A DNA stretch of 61,630 nucleotides, counting the filler, from Sphacelaria rigidula (Eukaryota), in NCBI GenBank assembly GCA_964200075.2. It is 5 parts of 5 records of this genome, joined end to end, with 100 filler letters (N's around TTAATTAATTAA, not from the genome) between each part and the next. Parts side by side here need not be neighbours in the genome. Positions count along the whole stretch, not along the records: positions 24,698 to 36,943 come from CAXNAA020003962.1; positions 37,044 to 49,288 come from CAXNAA020003963.1; 3 more parts are not named here. One strand, written 5' to 3'. Below are positions 24,698 through 37,077 of the stretch, piece by piece (position 1 is the first letter of the stretch; the number at the start of each line of letters is the position of its first letter). The translations under genes and the position numbers were made by a program. Under the pieces are notes generated by a model that saw nothing but the letters and a program-made list of their open reading frames with translations, was not told the origin of the DNA and did no database searches.

Positions 24698-27600
24698 CCA
24701 CGATCCCGTGCAGGTGAGCAACGTTTGGTCCTCTGTCATGAGTAAAACTACGAACATGTCGCGAAACGTACTCGAGATCGTGCCGTACACCAATTCGAGC
24801 CGCGGACAGGGTTCGTCTTCTACAAACGGAACTCATTGCTTGTGGCACCAAGCCGCTGTAACGAAACCGCAAGTTCTGGGTCTGGTTCTGGGTACGGCGC
24901 CGCCGTAGGTGCTGCTGGTCCGCAACACGCAGTGCGGGTGGGACCGACTTCTACAATGTCGAGCACTGCGCCGGCGCCGATAGTGGCGCCGGTGGCGACG
25001 CCGGCAGCAGCGCCACGCGCGACGCCTACTGACGCGCTCGAATTCTTGGTCTGCTGGCTGGGGATCGTACCTGCCGGCTGTGCGGTTTGAACATGCCTGG
25101 GCGTCTTCGCCTGCGCAGCTTGCGCAGCCGTGGCGTCAAGTGGGATTGGCGGCGCATCAGTCGGCGAATGAAGTGCTAGTGGAGTTTGCACATAAATACG
25201 CTTCTGCGGAGCTGTGTCTTTCGAATCAACGGGAGCGTGGAGTCATTATGGTTCGGGCTAAGTGGAACTCTGGCGCCCACTTTACGGATCATGTGAGTCT
25301 GTCGGTACACCGTCACCGCGTCGGGTCAGCATGTTTACGTCACAGAACGTACTGTTTCGCTGCAGTTGGCTTTCACAACTTCCTGGGGGCGGCGCCGTTG
25401 CCTCCGATCTCGTTTGCGATCATGCCGGGGTCGGATGGAGCCATTCTTCTAGGATTGCCGACGCTTCAGGAACTTGGAGTCGACGCTCGGCGGTTGTGGG
25501 ATTCCATGAAGACGCGGATGTCTCCGCCTGGCCCACGCTTGGAGACATCCGCCTTTTTGGGCAGTCGTCGCATGAGCTGTCGGTGGACGCTTTTCAGGAA
25601 GCTGAGGAGCAGGTGACCGAGGAGCGGGATGCGGCGGTGGAACGCTTGGTAGAGCGCGGCCCCGAGATGTTTGTGGTTCCGGCGGAAGAGGAGTCCGCTC
25701 GGAAGGTCGCGCTAGAGGAGAGCGTGTTCTATTCTTGTCCTGATCGTCAGATATTGATATCTCCGGGTGCATCTGAGTGCTATTGGGGTAATTCTGTTAT
25801 ACAGGTGCCCGAAGTTGAAATGAAAACACGCTTGCCGGTTGAGGATATAACGCATGAACCGCTGGCTTTCCTCAGTGATACTTTCAAGGGTTCGCAATGT
25901 TTTGCGCCGCAATTGACAAGGAACGTTTTGCTATCGTGAGCATGTTTCGTTGTTTGGAGCATCTTTTGTGGGATGGCGTGCACATTTTCACGGATCGCCG
26001 AAATATCGTATATATGTTTGACTCGGACGCGTGCATTACGTCTGTGTCGAAGGCACTGGCACAACGTTTGGAGGGTTGGAAAGCTGTTCTTGGCCAGTAT
26101 CGCTACTCGATTTGCCATATTTCGGGTGACCGTAACGCGTGGGATGACTTGTTTTCACGTTGTGTGAATGTTCCGGCCTTGCCTGTGCGCGCTGTGGCTG
26201 TATATGGTCCGTGTGAACCTGATGATTCGATGCCGTCCAAATCTGTTGTCCGCCAAGCGTAACGAAAAGACCTCGACGCCAAAGATGCGGATGTGCAACA
26301 TTTGTAGTCGGATATTGGTACTGCTATCTAAGACAATGAAGGTATATTTCGTGTGCATGTGCGTGGCCGAAACGTTTTGTGGATTCCGAGTTCTGGCAAG
26401 CAGTTGCACGTACGTCTGATGATTTGCGCGCACAAGCGCGACGCCGGGCATCGTGGTGTGGCTGCGACGCTCGTGCGTCTGCAAGAGTTTTGTGTCTAGC
26501 AGGGGATAAAAACTCATGTGTGCGAATTTGTCCGCCAGTGTCCTCGCTGTGCTGACTCGAGGGCGGGCGATGTTGTTCCCCGCCCGCTCGGCGAAACGGT
26601 CCATGGGACCATGCCGAATGAAGTCGTTCATTGCAACTTCTTGTACGTGGGTGAGAGTGGCCCGCTAGCTTCCCAAGGTTTGCCGGAGGATGCTGGGTTT
26701 CGATATATTTTGGTGATCATGGATGATTTTTGCAACTCCGTTGTCTCTGGAAGCAGTAGCAGTGTGTACTGCTGAATCGACTGCTGCATCTTTGCTGACT
26801 TGATGCAAAACTTTGGGGGTGCCGCGTGTGTGGGTGCGTGATACCGTCACGCATTTCAAGAATGCGATCTTGGTCCGATTGCGAGAGGCTTTGCGCGTTG
26901 ATCACCAGTTTGCGGTAGCGTATTCTCCGTGGCCTAATGGTACGTGCGAACGCATGGTCGAGGAAGTAGTTCGTGCTCTCCGCTCCATTCGTCTCGAGCG
27001 GCGTAGATAGGTCTCCGAGTGGGTGGACGTGTTGCCTGCGGTACAACGGGCGCTCAATACAGCGTATCGTCGTCGCTACGATAGTACGCCGTACCACGTG
27101 GTGTTTGGTCTTGCTCCTCGGACGTCTCTCTCGGTGCTGGTGTTTTCGTCGGCGGGGGAATGGAAATGTGATGTTTTGGACGATGTTCAAATTGAGCGTG
27201 CATTGCAAGGGGTCTTGGACTTGCAAGAACGTTTCCACGTTCAAGTGCAGGAACGTGTTGCCGCTGAACATGCGCGTAGACGTGGGGGTCCTCGGTGGGG
27301 CTGGGACTGCCGAATTTTGAGGTAGGCGACTATGTCTTGTATGTACGCGTGCGTCGTCTGGGCGTTGCGCCCAAGTTGGTGGCGACGTGAACTGGTCCAT
27401 GGAGAGTGGTTGGGACCCATCACTCGGACGTGTTTGAGATTCAGAACATTGTTTCGGGTCGTGTTCAGACCGATTATGTAGCTCGTTTGCGTTTTTATGC
27501 ACACTCGCAGCTCATTGTTACGGCCGACTTAAAGGACGTGTTCCAGCGTGCTTTCAATCAGGCGCAATTTCAGATGACTGGTATTGTCCGAGTGGCAGCA

Positions 27601-27786
27601 GCAGACGATCGTTCGTTGATCGTGTTGGTCGACTGGGTTGGTTTCGAAGTTGCGGAGCGTACGTGGGAGCCTTTTAAGGGTATTTTTGAGGCCGCTCCGG
27701 AATTTCGTTCGAAGGAGTTGCGTAAATTGCGCATGACTCGTGCCGTTGCTGCTCGCATTACGAGTGAGTTCGGTATTCAGGTGTGA
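24698..27786 (+). mobile_element. Degenerate chromodomain-bearing Ty3/gypsy LTR retrotransposon (protease remnant, RNase H, integrase, chromodomain; RT missing)
   Basis: AILLGLPTLQELG (protease end); EPLAFLS..IDKE.FAIV..IFTDRRN..ISGDRNAWDDLFSR (RNase H); H..GHRG..C..C and YILVIMDDF, AYSPWPNGTCER (integrase); VLVDWVGF..RTWEP (chromodomain). Many stops. Purine tract then TGTGACG at about 27861 (probable 3' LTR start). Confidence 0.9.
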
Positions 27787-28548
27787 CTTACTCGTTGTTT
27801 TGGCGTTTTTTATGTGTCAAGCTTGTTGATCGATTTTCTTCCAAGGCATTTTGAGGGTACTGTGACGAAAACAATCGCCGTTACGTTGAGTTGGTAGTGA
27901 TGATCTGGATAATGATTGGCAGCACGGGGATTCGGGAGGATTCTGGGAGGATTCTGGGCAATGACCGGGACACGGAGATGATACCCTGCGAGTCTAGGAG
28001 GTTGATGCCTGGCAGGGCACTCCACGATAATGAAATGTTGCGGAGACTGACAAGTGAATCTGAGGTCAGTGAGACTGGGAAGTCCCTCAACAGCAGTGAT
28101 CCACCAGTTCTTCTTCTCGTTGGCGTCACACTGCGCAAGGGTTTCGTCCAGCCGTCACTTTGGTGTTACCACTACTGTACCGCACTTTCCTGTACCGTAC
28201 AGCACGCACTGGGCTGCAACGCAATGTTGTGGACAGGATTGTCGCAGAAGTGGGCTTTGTTGAGAAACCGGTAGATTTCTGAGCCAAACAGTCAGCACTG
28301 GCTGTTTAGCTCAGCAGTCAACCAGGTTCTTCACAAAAGCTAAGTTCGGTGGGTTTGTCGCATGACCCGGAGCACGCACACCCCAGGGTTGCTATCCCTG
28401 TAGCCAACGCTGCTAAGTTCAACCGGTAGGCTTCAACCCCACCCTGTGCTCAACATCGACGTCAAGTTCTCTGGCTTTTTGTTTTTCGTTCGCAACCACG
28501 CGACATCGAAGAAGATTTTTGCTTGCGCAGGAATTCAAACCCGAGATG

Positions 28549-30678
28549 CTAGCTTTTGTTACGAAACCGGTTGACTTCTGAGCTAAACAGCCAGCGCTGG
28601 CCATTTTGGATCCTTGTGAGTGACAAGAGGTGATGATGGACATTAAGTACATGATCGTCATCAATCAATAAGACCACTATATCCTGTCCGTATGATCTGA
28701 AAGCAAGAGACAAGTTTCCTCTACCTACGATCGAGTAAGTACTACCACCCGCGCACCGTAGTACCCTACCGTGACACTCTCTGTACTCCGTCATCCCACA
28801 GGAATCGGGAAAGAAATGCTTGGTAGCCCCCATGTCAAACACCCACGGTTCGCCCTTACCCCGCTGTTTATCACCCCCCTGCCCAACACAAAATGCGTAC
28901 TCGCCTGTTTCGTCGTTGATGGTGGTGTCGAAAGAGGCGAAAGCCTCCTCGTCCGCGCCCGAGAAAACGGAGGAGTCATCGCTGTCGTCGGCCACACTCA
29001 TCGCCATCGCGACATCTTCTTTGTTCGCTTTCGATCTCGAACAGTCCCGGAACGTGTGCCCCTGTTGACAGCACCTCCCGCAGTATCTCTTCGGGCAGTT
29101 CCTGGCGTGGTGCGTCGTGTCCTCTTCGCAAATGTGGCACCGGATCAGCTTCGTACTCGCCGCTTTTCCGTCCGACGATGTCAACCCAGAGCTACTCGAA
29201 TTCTGGCTGCCGCAATTACTCTGACCAGAGCCCTGGCGTTTGCCCGGTTTTCCTTTGCGGTGTGCACCGCTCGGTTTTCCGGTCCCACCCCTGGCGAGGG
29301 GAGCCTGATCGCCCGGGGATGACTCCTTTCCCCGGGCAAGCTCCTGCTTCAAAGTGGCCAACTCGAAGCGCTTTTGGACCGAGGCTATCATAACATCCCG
29401 TGTCAGCGGCTCCTCTCGATCCTTTAGCAATTGCTTCTGGATGTGATACTCGTACGGCAAGGCGTTGAGATATTTCAAGAGGATATGGTTTTCGCTTAGT
29501 TGTTATTGGTCCTCGTATGAGTTCAGGTCTCCTGCAATGTCTCCCATTTCGATCAGCTTCTGCTCTGGATCATCACGAACACTAATCTTGACTTCATCAA
29601 ACGTTTTCAACAACGCGTTTCTTGCCCCATTTGGTTTGGGGCGGAAGGCATCTGCCAGTTTTCCCCACAGTGCACCAGGCGAGTAAAGTCTGAGCAAGAT
29701 ATCTTGCCCTCTCTTGCCTCCGAGACTACCAACAAGCATCTGTCTCGCCCTTACTTGGGCTGCCACTATGTCCTCCCCGTATGTAGTCTCCAGATATCCC
29801 AGTGATAGTTCAGGGTCACCAACATCTACGTCGTGCGAGCTGTCGCCGGCCATGGCACACACCCAGTCAATTGCTTCGCTCCTTGCGAAGTTGATCAGCT
29901 CAAGTTTAAACCGTGACAATTCTGAGTTTTTCCCTGATCCTTTGCTCCTTGCGAAGTTGATCAGCTCATGTTTGAACCGTGCGGACTCTGAGTTTTTCCC
30001 TGAAATTTTGGGGGCCTTCTGTCGAAAAACGGGAACTCCTGATACATTCCCACTTGCATCAATCACATAGACTGACTCACGCTCGGGTACAAAGCCCCTA
30101 GCTGTGTCGCCTCTGGCCCCGTTGTCCCCCGCGTCGCGAGCTCCTTCCCCCGGTCTGACTTGAGTCCCAATGTTCTGGCGGTCCCGTCGAACTCCAGCAC
30201 TTCGTCGCTCTACTGAACTGATATTTGTTCTGGATTCCCTCTGTGGACTATTGGGACCATCCCTATCGAGAACGCCATTGGTTTAAACGGCCCTGGACTC
30301 TCTCACTACCCTCATGTAATTTATTTCACCCCTTCATGCGGTTTGGTATGACTGCAAGTCACGCAGTAGCTCAGCCATGGATATCAGCTGGCTAGTCACC
30401 ATCCCCAAGTGCTCAAAACGACCCTGCCCGCCGACTACTGGAGCAGGCGTACCACCTTGATCTGCCATTTTGCCCAACCGGTTTTAAAACTAGTGCATTT
30501 CGTGTCCCGCGGCGAAGGGCAGATAGTTTTATTTTTTGTATTATTTGGAGAGTGCCTTGAGGGAGTAGGTCCTCGGAAAGAGCGATCAGATGTAGAGTGA
30601 GGGCTAGCGGCGGTGACACAGTTGCCCGGAGCATGGACTGGCAGTCATACACACTCGACTACCAGTACCCGTGAGTCA
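28549..30678 (-). mobile_element. Truncated Ty1/copia LTR retrotransposon: candidate 5' LTR and PBS, gag with two zinc knuckles, protease
   Basis: YLNALPYEY..LTRDVM (copia gag), CHIC..H..RNC and CGRC.QQGHTFRDC, WVFDMGATKHF (protease). Candidate PBS TGGCGTTCTCGATAGG at 30277-30262 after ...ACCA. The LTR extent (about 30279-30678) is tentative. Confidence 0.85.
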
Positions 30679-30899
30679 GCATAAATCTAACCGCACATGT
30701 GCATCTTCACTCAGTGTACCCGTTCACATCAACGCACATAGCAGCTGCGGTATTAGCAGCGACAGCGTGCACACGATGCTGTGGACTGACTGCCGAATAA
30801 CGCCCATCACCATTTATTTCTACAGCTCAAGTATTTCAAACCTTTCGTTCGTTGTAGCTGGAATTAGTTCTTAAGGGCAGTTTTCATCTAAAAAAATGG

Positions 30900-31640
30900 T
30901 TGTATACTTTCTCATCCGTGAGCTGTTCACGAAGCTATATAGTTGCGGACGTTTCTGACCAAGTGGTTGTTGCAAGCACTTGGTTGACAGGCTTCTCACC
31001 GAGTAGTTTCGTGAAATCAAGTATAATAATAGTTGCACAGGTTATTGAGTGAGCAGTAATTGGTAGACAACTGATGCACGGATTTCTGTCCTAGCCGGTG
31101 TTTACCCGCAACTGCTGCACGCGATTCTGGCCGAGTAGTTGTTTGCACGCAACTAGTTGTTCCTGACCCACTAGTTGTTGACACGACTATAATAATGCAT
31201 TAGACTGCGCTAAGTTTCTGGTTGAGTGGTTATTCATACGCAACTAGTTGCACAGGTTTCCGGCCACCACACAACTACTGCACGGGACTAATGCCGTGAT
31301 AGCCCCTCCACAATAAGTGCACGGGAGACCGTCCGACAAACCGGCTGCGATCCTACTATTGGGCTCGTTTGCAGCAATTTCGCCCTAATGAGAGGCATGT
31401 AGCAGTCCGAAATCAGCTGTAAAGCCCAAATGAGTCGCGTCGTGCAGAACGAAACCAGATCCAGCGACATTTATGATCATCGCCTCCGTGCATGTTTTGG
31501 CCGGTTTGGGGGGGGGGGCATCTCGGCAGTTGTCACGGGTTGCTGAACGAGTATGGTTGGCTGTGTGTAAGCAGTTGCATGGGCTTCTAACCGAGCTGTG
31601 GTTCGCACACACAGTAGGTTATTGAGCCAGTGGTTCCATG
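30900..31640. repeat. Degenerate tandem repeat (caactagttgcacaggttt...gagtagttg units)
   Basis: Recurrent caact..tgcac and gagt.gtt motifs at roughly 35-40 bp spacing. Confidence 0.55.
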
Positions 31641-34299
31641 CAACTACTTTTTAGTTGTAATGGATACGGGGAGTGGTATTGTTTCGCTGTGATAAGGGCT
31701 AGTAAAGGCGGTCACATGGGGCCACCATCCTTTAGAATCAGTCAAGTTCATCGCGAAGCTCGCGTCGTCGTCTTTGCACATTGTTGTGTACCACGTTTTT
31801 GTGTTGGTTCTCTGAAAATGTCCTCAAGAGAACAAGTAATGATTCCGAGTAAGTACAAACCATCTGAGCGTAACTCTCAAGGCGAAAAGAAAATCGGTCA
31901 AGATTTCGTTCCGTGATTCACAATGGTTTGAAAGATATACTCGTAGCCGAAAGCCCAAAGACCTGTCCATTCTGTGTGAGTGCTCATGATGACCACTAAA
32001 TATTAACATTCAGTCCTTGTCTGATACCACGCAGCAACAGAATTAACAGCCGATCCTAATTTTTGGGATTGAACACTAAAATGGGGTTCAACTCGCCTTC
32101 GAAAAATTGAGAATTCACGCCAAAGAGTATCACCACGGGAAAGCATTTTCGCAAGCAGAGTTTCTCTCGAAGTCACGCCGGTGTTGTTAGGTGCACCAAA
32201 TGAATTCCGTGCACACGCGTGTCGATGACGATGTCACCAGAGGAGCAACGGCGGAGAGGAAGCTCCTCGCCGGTGTCCTTTGTGTGTTCTCGTTCGGCGA
32301 TTACCAATCGCTCGAGAGACTGGCATCATGTTATAGTACCAGCACATACCCAACTTGCAATTTGTGGGCAAGCGGGTTATTGTAGCACAGCTGCGGAAAC
32401 AAGATCGCGGGATTCCCCGGTTATCGTCTCCTGTCTGTGGCGCTGACCAATGCAGAGATCGATTTCTCTCTGCCCCTCTGCTTGGACAGGAAGTCCCCCT
32501 GTGCGCAGTAGAACACGTCGTCAAAAAGCAGAGAGATGTTGCCATCACCTCTACTGTTCTCTCACACACACAGGCGAGCAAGGACGGCTGCGCGCTTGCG
32601 GTAAGATCTAATAATCGGAAGCGCGCGGGGGGGTGTTACTGCAGTCGTTAATTTCACCCGGGTCTTCGAAACAAGGACAACAGAAAGTCTGCCACATCCC
32701 AGTTCGGCGGATGTATGCATGAGAGATCAAACACTCGTGTAGACCTTCTTGATATGCGGAGTGGAAAAAAGATACCTGGCGCGGGTGACTTACCTGCTGA
32801 CGTGACCGAAATGGGGGCTGGATCCTGCGATTGAGCCTCTCTGCTGTCAACCGGTCACATGCATGGTGGTGTGTCGGGGGTTATCTGTCGCAAAAATATG
32901 TTATGTGAGGAGAGTCATCCTAAGCTGGGGCGAGATATGGTTAGGGACAGGGGTATCCTATGATTAACCACCTGCCATTGCCTTCCTGACCCGCGCCGTT
33001 AAGCGCTGACCAGGAAGATCTGGCCTGACAACAGCTTTCAAGCAACGACAGAAGTAGGCAGTCGGTTCAGCCCGGAATATTGTTGCACTTTCGTTGCTGC
33101 ATGTACTGACTGCCTGTAGTAATTCGATTCTACAAGCCTTAAGAGGGAGAAGGGTAATCGTATTAGAATCTTATTCCATAACTAGTTCTAGGGATTGTTC
33201 CCCCCGCCACCACTAGGCGGTGGGACTGGAAGGTGTTAGACGTAAAGAAAGGTTGGTGCGGAGGGAAATAAGTTGCAGGGGACGGGTGTAGTGGGTAGTG
33301 CAGGCTAGGTTGAAGAAAAAGGATGACTAACTTCTCGTTTTCGTGTCTACATCCGGGGTGTGCTATGGTAAGTTAAAGAAAAAGGACAAGAAGCTTGCTT
33401 ATTTTGTGTCTCTGTCCGGGGTGTGTTATGGTAAGTTAAAGAAAGAGGATGATCAGCTTCGTTATTCCCTGTCTATGTCCGGACTGTGGTAAAGTAGGTT
33501 AAAGAGAGAGGATGGTTAGCTTCTTTATTTCATGCCTATGTCCTGGCTGTGTTATGGTAGGTTGAAGAACCAGAAGGGTTTGCTTCTCTATTTCATGTCT
33601 ATGTCCGAGCTGTGTAGTGGTAAGTTAAATAAAAAGTATGATAAGCTGCGTGATTCCATGTCTATGTCCGGACTCTGCTATGGTATGTTAGAGACAAAGA
33701 ATGGTTAGCTTCTCTGTTTAGTGTCCATGTCCGGGCCGTATTCTGGTAGGTTGAAGAAAAAGCGCGGTTAGCTTCTTTATTTCATGTCTGTGTCTGGGCT
33801 ATGTTATTGTAAGTGAAAGAAAAAGGTTGGCTAGCTTATCCATTCCATGTCTATGTCCGGGCTGTGTCATGATAGGTTAAAGAAGAAAGAGGATTATCTT
33901 GATTTTTCGTATTTATGTCTGGGCTGCGTTATGGTGGGTGAAAGCAAAAGGAGGACTAGCTTCTCTATTTCATATCTATGTCCGAGCTGTGCTTCGGTAG
34001 GTTGAAGAAAAGGGGTGGTTCGTTTTCCTATTTCATGCCCATGTCGTTGCTGTGCCATTGTAGGTTGAAGAAAAATGATAACTAGCTCATCTATTTCATG
34101 TCTATGTCCGGGCTGTGTTGTGGTAGGTTAAGAAATAGGAGGCATAGCTCCTCTATTTCGCGTCTATGTCCGGACTGTGTCATAGTAGGTGAACTTTATT
34201 TCATGTCTATGTCCGAGCTGTGTTATGGTAGGTTGAAGAAAAATAATGGGTAGCTGGGTCACTCAATATCTATTTTCGAGCTGTGTTAAGAAAGGTTAA

Positions 34300-34964
34300 C
34301 CCTTTAGGAATCCTGCCCTCCCATCCCCGGTCCAGACGCCTCATTGTTTCAAGCGCTGACGAAAAAGAAAAGATAACGAAATAAAATACCAACAATAACC
34401 ATTTTTACGGTGGAAACCCACAGAGGAATTTACCGACATGCGTCATGCACGCCTGAAAGATGTCGCCCCGGTGCTGTCGGATTAGTTTTATCGAATAAGG
34501 GGACGCAACGGGTCAAGTATGTTCAACTTTGTGCACACAGCAAAAACCAGCACCGCGGCCTCGAAATTTCATACAACAAAAATCAGCACCATCTGTATAT
34601 CTTCTATACATTCAGTCCCGTGTGGCACTGCGACACACATTTATATAGGTCACGCACCCCACTGGAGTGTTGTTGTGCTGCAGTCCGGGGGTCGTACCCG
34701 TCCAACACTTGGCAAGCGCGCTAAGCCATATCACAGGAACAGAGGAGTATGGTTGAGCACACCGAAATCCCCTCACCACGCGTGGAAAGATTGAGGTGCG
34801 ACACCGTATTCACGCGAATTACCGCCAGTTGGAAGCGATCTCGAGTCTGCATAACACACCTGGGGCAAAATAGTGGTCCTTGGAAGCTGCACACAATCAA
34901 CCATGTGTTCTTCAAACAACAGCACCTCGAAATCAGCACCTTTCCATTGTCAGTACCAAAAGGG
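34300..34964. mobile_element. piggyBac-type non-autonomous element inserted in the satellite
   Basis: TTAA|CCCTTTAGGAAT...GTACCAAAAGGG|TTCA; satellite phase resumes after the insertion. Confidence 0.75.
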
Positions 34965-35231
34965 TTCAAGAAAAAGGATGGTTCGCAATTCTATTCCATG
35001 TCTATGTCCGGGCTGGGTTATAGTAGGTGAGAGAAAAAGAGGGCGATCCCGTCTATTTCGTGTCTACGTCCGGGCTGTGGTATGGTAGGTTGAAGCAAAA
35101 GGATGGTTACCTTATATATATAATGTCTATGTCCGGGCTGTGTTATAGTCGGTTGAATAAAAATGATGTTTAGCGTCTCTATTTCATGTCTACGTCCGGG
35201 ATGTGTTTTGATAGGTTTATGAAAGAGGATG

Positions 35232-35363
35232 CACGGGTGGCCACTAGAGGATGTACGGGTGGCCACTGGGGTGCCTGCAACCTCAATTTTGGACGTTACA
35301 GACGTTGCACAAGGTCTGTAATGTCCGAAATTGAGGTTGCAGGCATCCAACTGGCCACCCGTG
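35232..35363. mobile_element. Small near-perfect hairpin MITE with CACGGGTGGCCA termini and 2-bp TG duplication
   Basis: About 50-bp arms around the loop gttgcacaag; left 22 bp locally duplicated; flanks gatg|...|tggct. Confidence 0.75.
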
Positions 35364-36132
35364 TGGCTAGCTTCTCCATTTCATGTCTATGTCCGGGATG
35401 TGGTTTGCTAGGTTAAAGCAAGAGGATGATCAGCTCCTCTATTTCAGGTTTTATGTCCGGGCTGTGTTATGGTAGATGAAAGAAATAGGATGGTTAGCCC
35501 CTCTACGTCGTGTCTATGCCAGGGCTGTTTTATAGTAGGTTGAAGAAAAAGGATATTTAGCTTCGCCATTCCATACCCATGTCCGGGCTGTGTTATGGTA
35601 GGCTGAAGAAAAAAGAGGTTTAGCTTCTCTCTTCCATATCTACGACCAGGCTGTGTAGTGGTAGGTTGAAGAAAGAGGAGGGTAAACGTTCCTAATTCAT
35701 ATCTATGTCCGGGTTGTGCTATGGTAGGTGGAAGAAAAAGGATGGTTAGCGATCCTATTTCATGTCGATGTCCGGGCTGTGTTACAGCAGGTTAAAAAAA
35801 GGATGGTTAGCTCCTCTCTTTCGTGTCTATGCCCGGACTGTGTTACAGTAGGTTGAAGAAGAGTGATGCTAGCTTCGTCATCCCATATCCACATCCCGGC
35901 ACTGTTGTGGTAGGTGGAAGAAAAAGACGGTTAGCTTCTCTATTCCCCGTCTATGCCCGAACTGTGTTATGGTAGGTTAAAGAAAAAGGAGGGTTAGCCT
36001 CTACACTCCATGTCTATGTCCGGACTGTGGTATGGTAGGTTGGAAAAAAAGGATGGCTAGGTTTTCTATTCCATGTCCGTGTCCGAGCTGTGTTATGGTG
36101 CGTTAAAGAAAAAGGATGGTTAGCTGTTCTGA

Positions 36133-36632
36133 CACTTTCTACGATAGCCCCCCCCTGACCCAACCCTAAATTGTCACGAAAAAAATGGCCATACAGCGCC
36201 TAATGTTCGGGTTCAGGCTGCAAGAAGAGTCATCCTACGATAGGGGGGGGGTATTTGATTGCCCGAAAAAAGAGGCTCGAAAGTGTGTCAGACGACCTGC
36301 CACACTCGCGGTGACTTGTATTTGGTTCAAAACGGTGTCGATCGGTATGAATGAGCATTATTCATCTATAACAAGCTCGTTCGAACAACCGTTGCTCCTT
36401 TCAACGACGATTTGACACGAAATTTCGTGCAAGAAGTGGCCCAAAATACCCCCCCCCCAAAATCGTAGGATGTCACAGAAGCGCCTCATATCGGCGACAT
36501 TAGCGAGAACGAACCCAAGCATGGGCATTCCCAGCTGCTCGTTGTGCTCAGTTTTTTCCATTACGATTTACGTGAAGATTTTGCCTCCCCAAACCAGGCA
36601 CTTTTGTGGGGGGGGGGCTATCGTTGAAAGTA
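36133..36632. mobile_element. Non-autonomous TIR element, 500 bp
   Basis: TIR cactttctacgatagccccccc / gggggggctatcgttgaaagta; flanks tgttctga / tcttctgt (6 of 8 match). Confidence 0.7.
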
Positions 36633-36943
36633 TCTTCTGTTTCCTGTCGACGTCTGGCCTGTGTTATCGTAGCGAAGAAAACCAAACAAAGAAAAGGGAA
36701 AAGTAGTGTAGAGAAGGAAGAAGAAGGAAAAAGAAGAGGAGAAAAATGGAAAGGAAAGAACGATAGAGAATAAGGAAACGGAAGCAGGGACATTAGAGAA
36801 CGACGAAAAACCAGAACAAGACAAAAAGACAAGAAGCAATGAAGAAAAGGTCAGCTTTGTTATGTAACAACCGATAACAACGAATTGTGCGAATTGAGGT
36901 TTAACTTCGAGATGAGGTTCAAGCCTAAAACAGTGCTTCCCCC

Positions 36944-37043
36944 NNNNNNNNNNNNNNNNNNNNNNNNNNNNNNNNNNNNNNNNNNNNTTAATTAATTAAN
37001 NNNNNNNNNNNNNNNNNNNNNNNNNNNNNNNNNNNNNNNNNNN
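36944..37043. other. Artificial contig linker
   Basis: Same 100-bp spacer. Confidence 0.98.
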
Positions 37044-37077
37044 CGAAGTTAAACCTCAATTCTCACAATTTGTTGTT

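Larger units (their letters stand above)
33285..36125. repeat. ~61-bp satellite (TTCATGTCTATGTCCGGGCTGTGTTATGGTAGGTTGAAGAAAAAGGATGGTTAGCTTCTCTA)
   Basis: Unit recurs almost once per 60-nt line; interrupted by two insertions. Confidence 0.92.
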
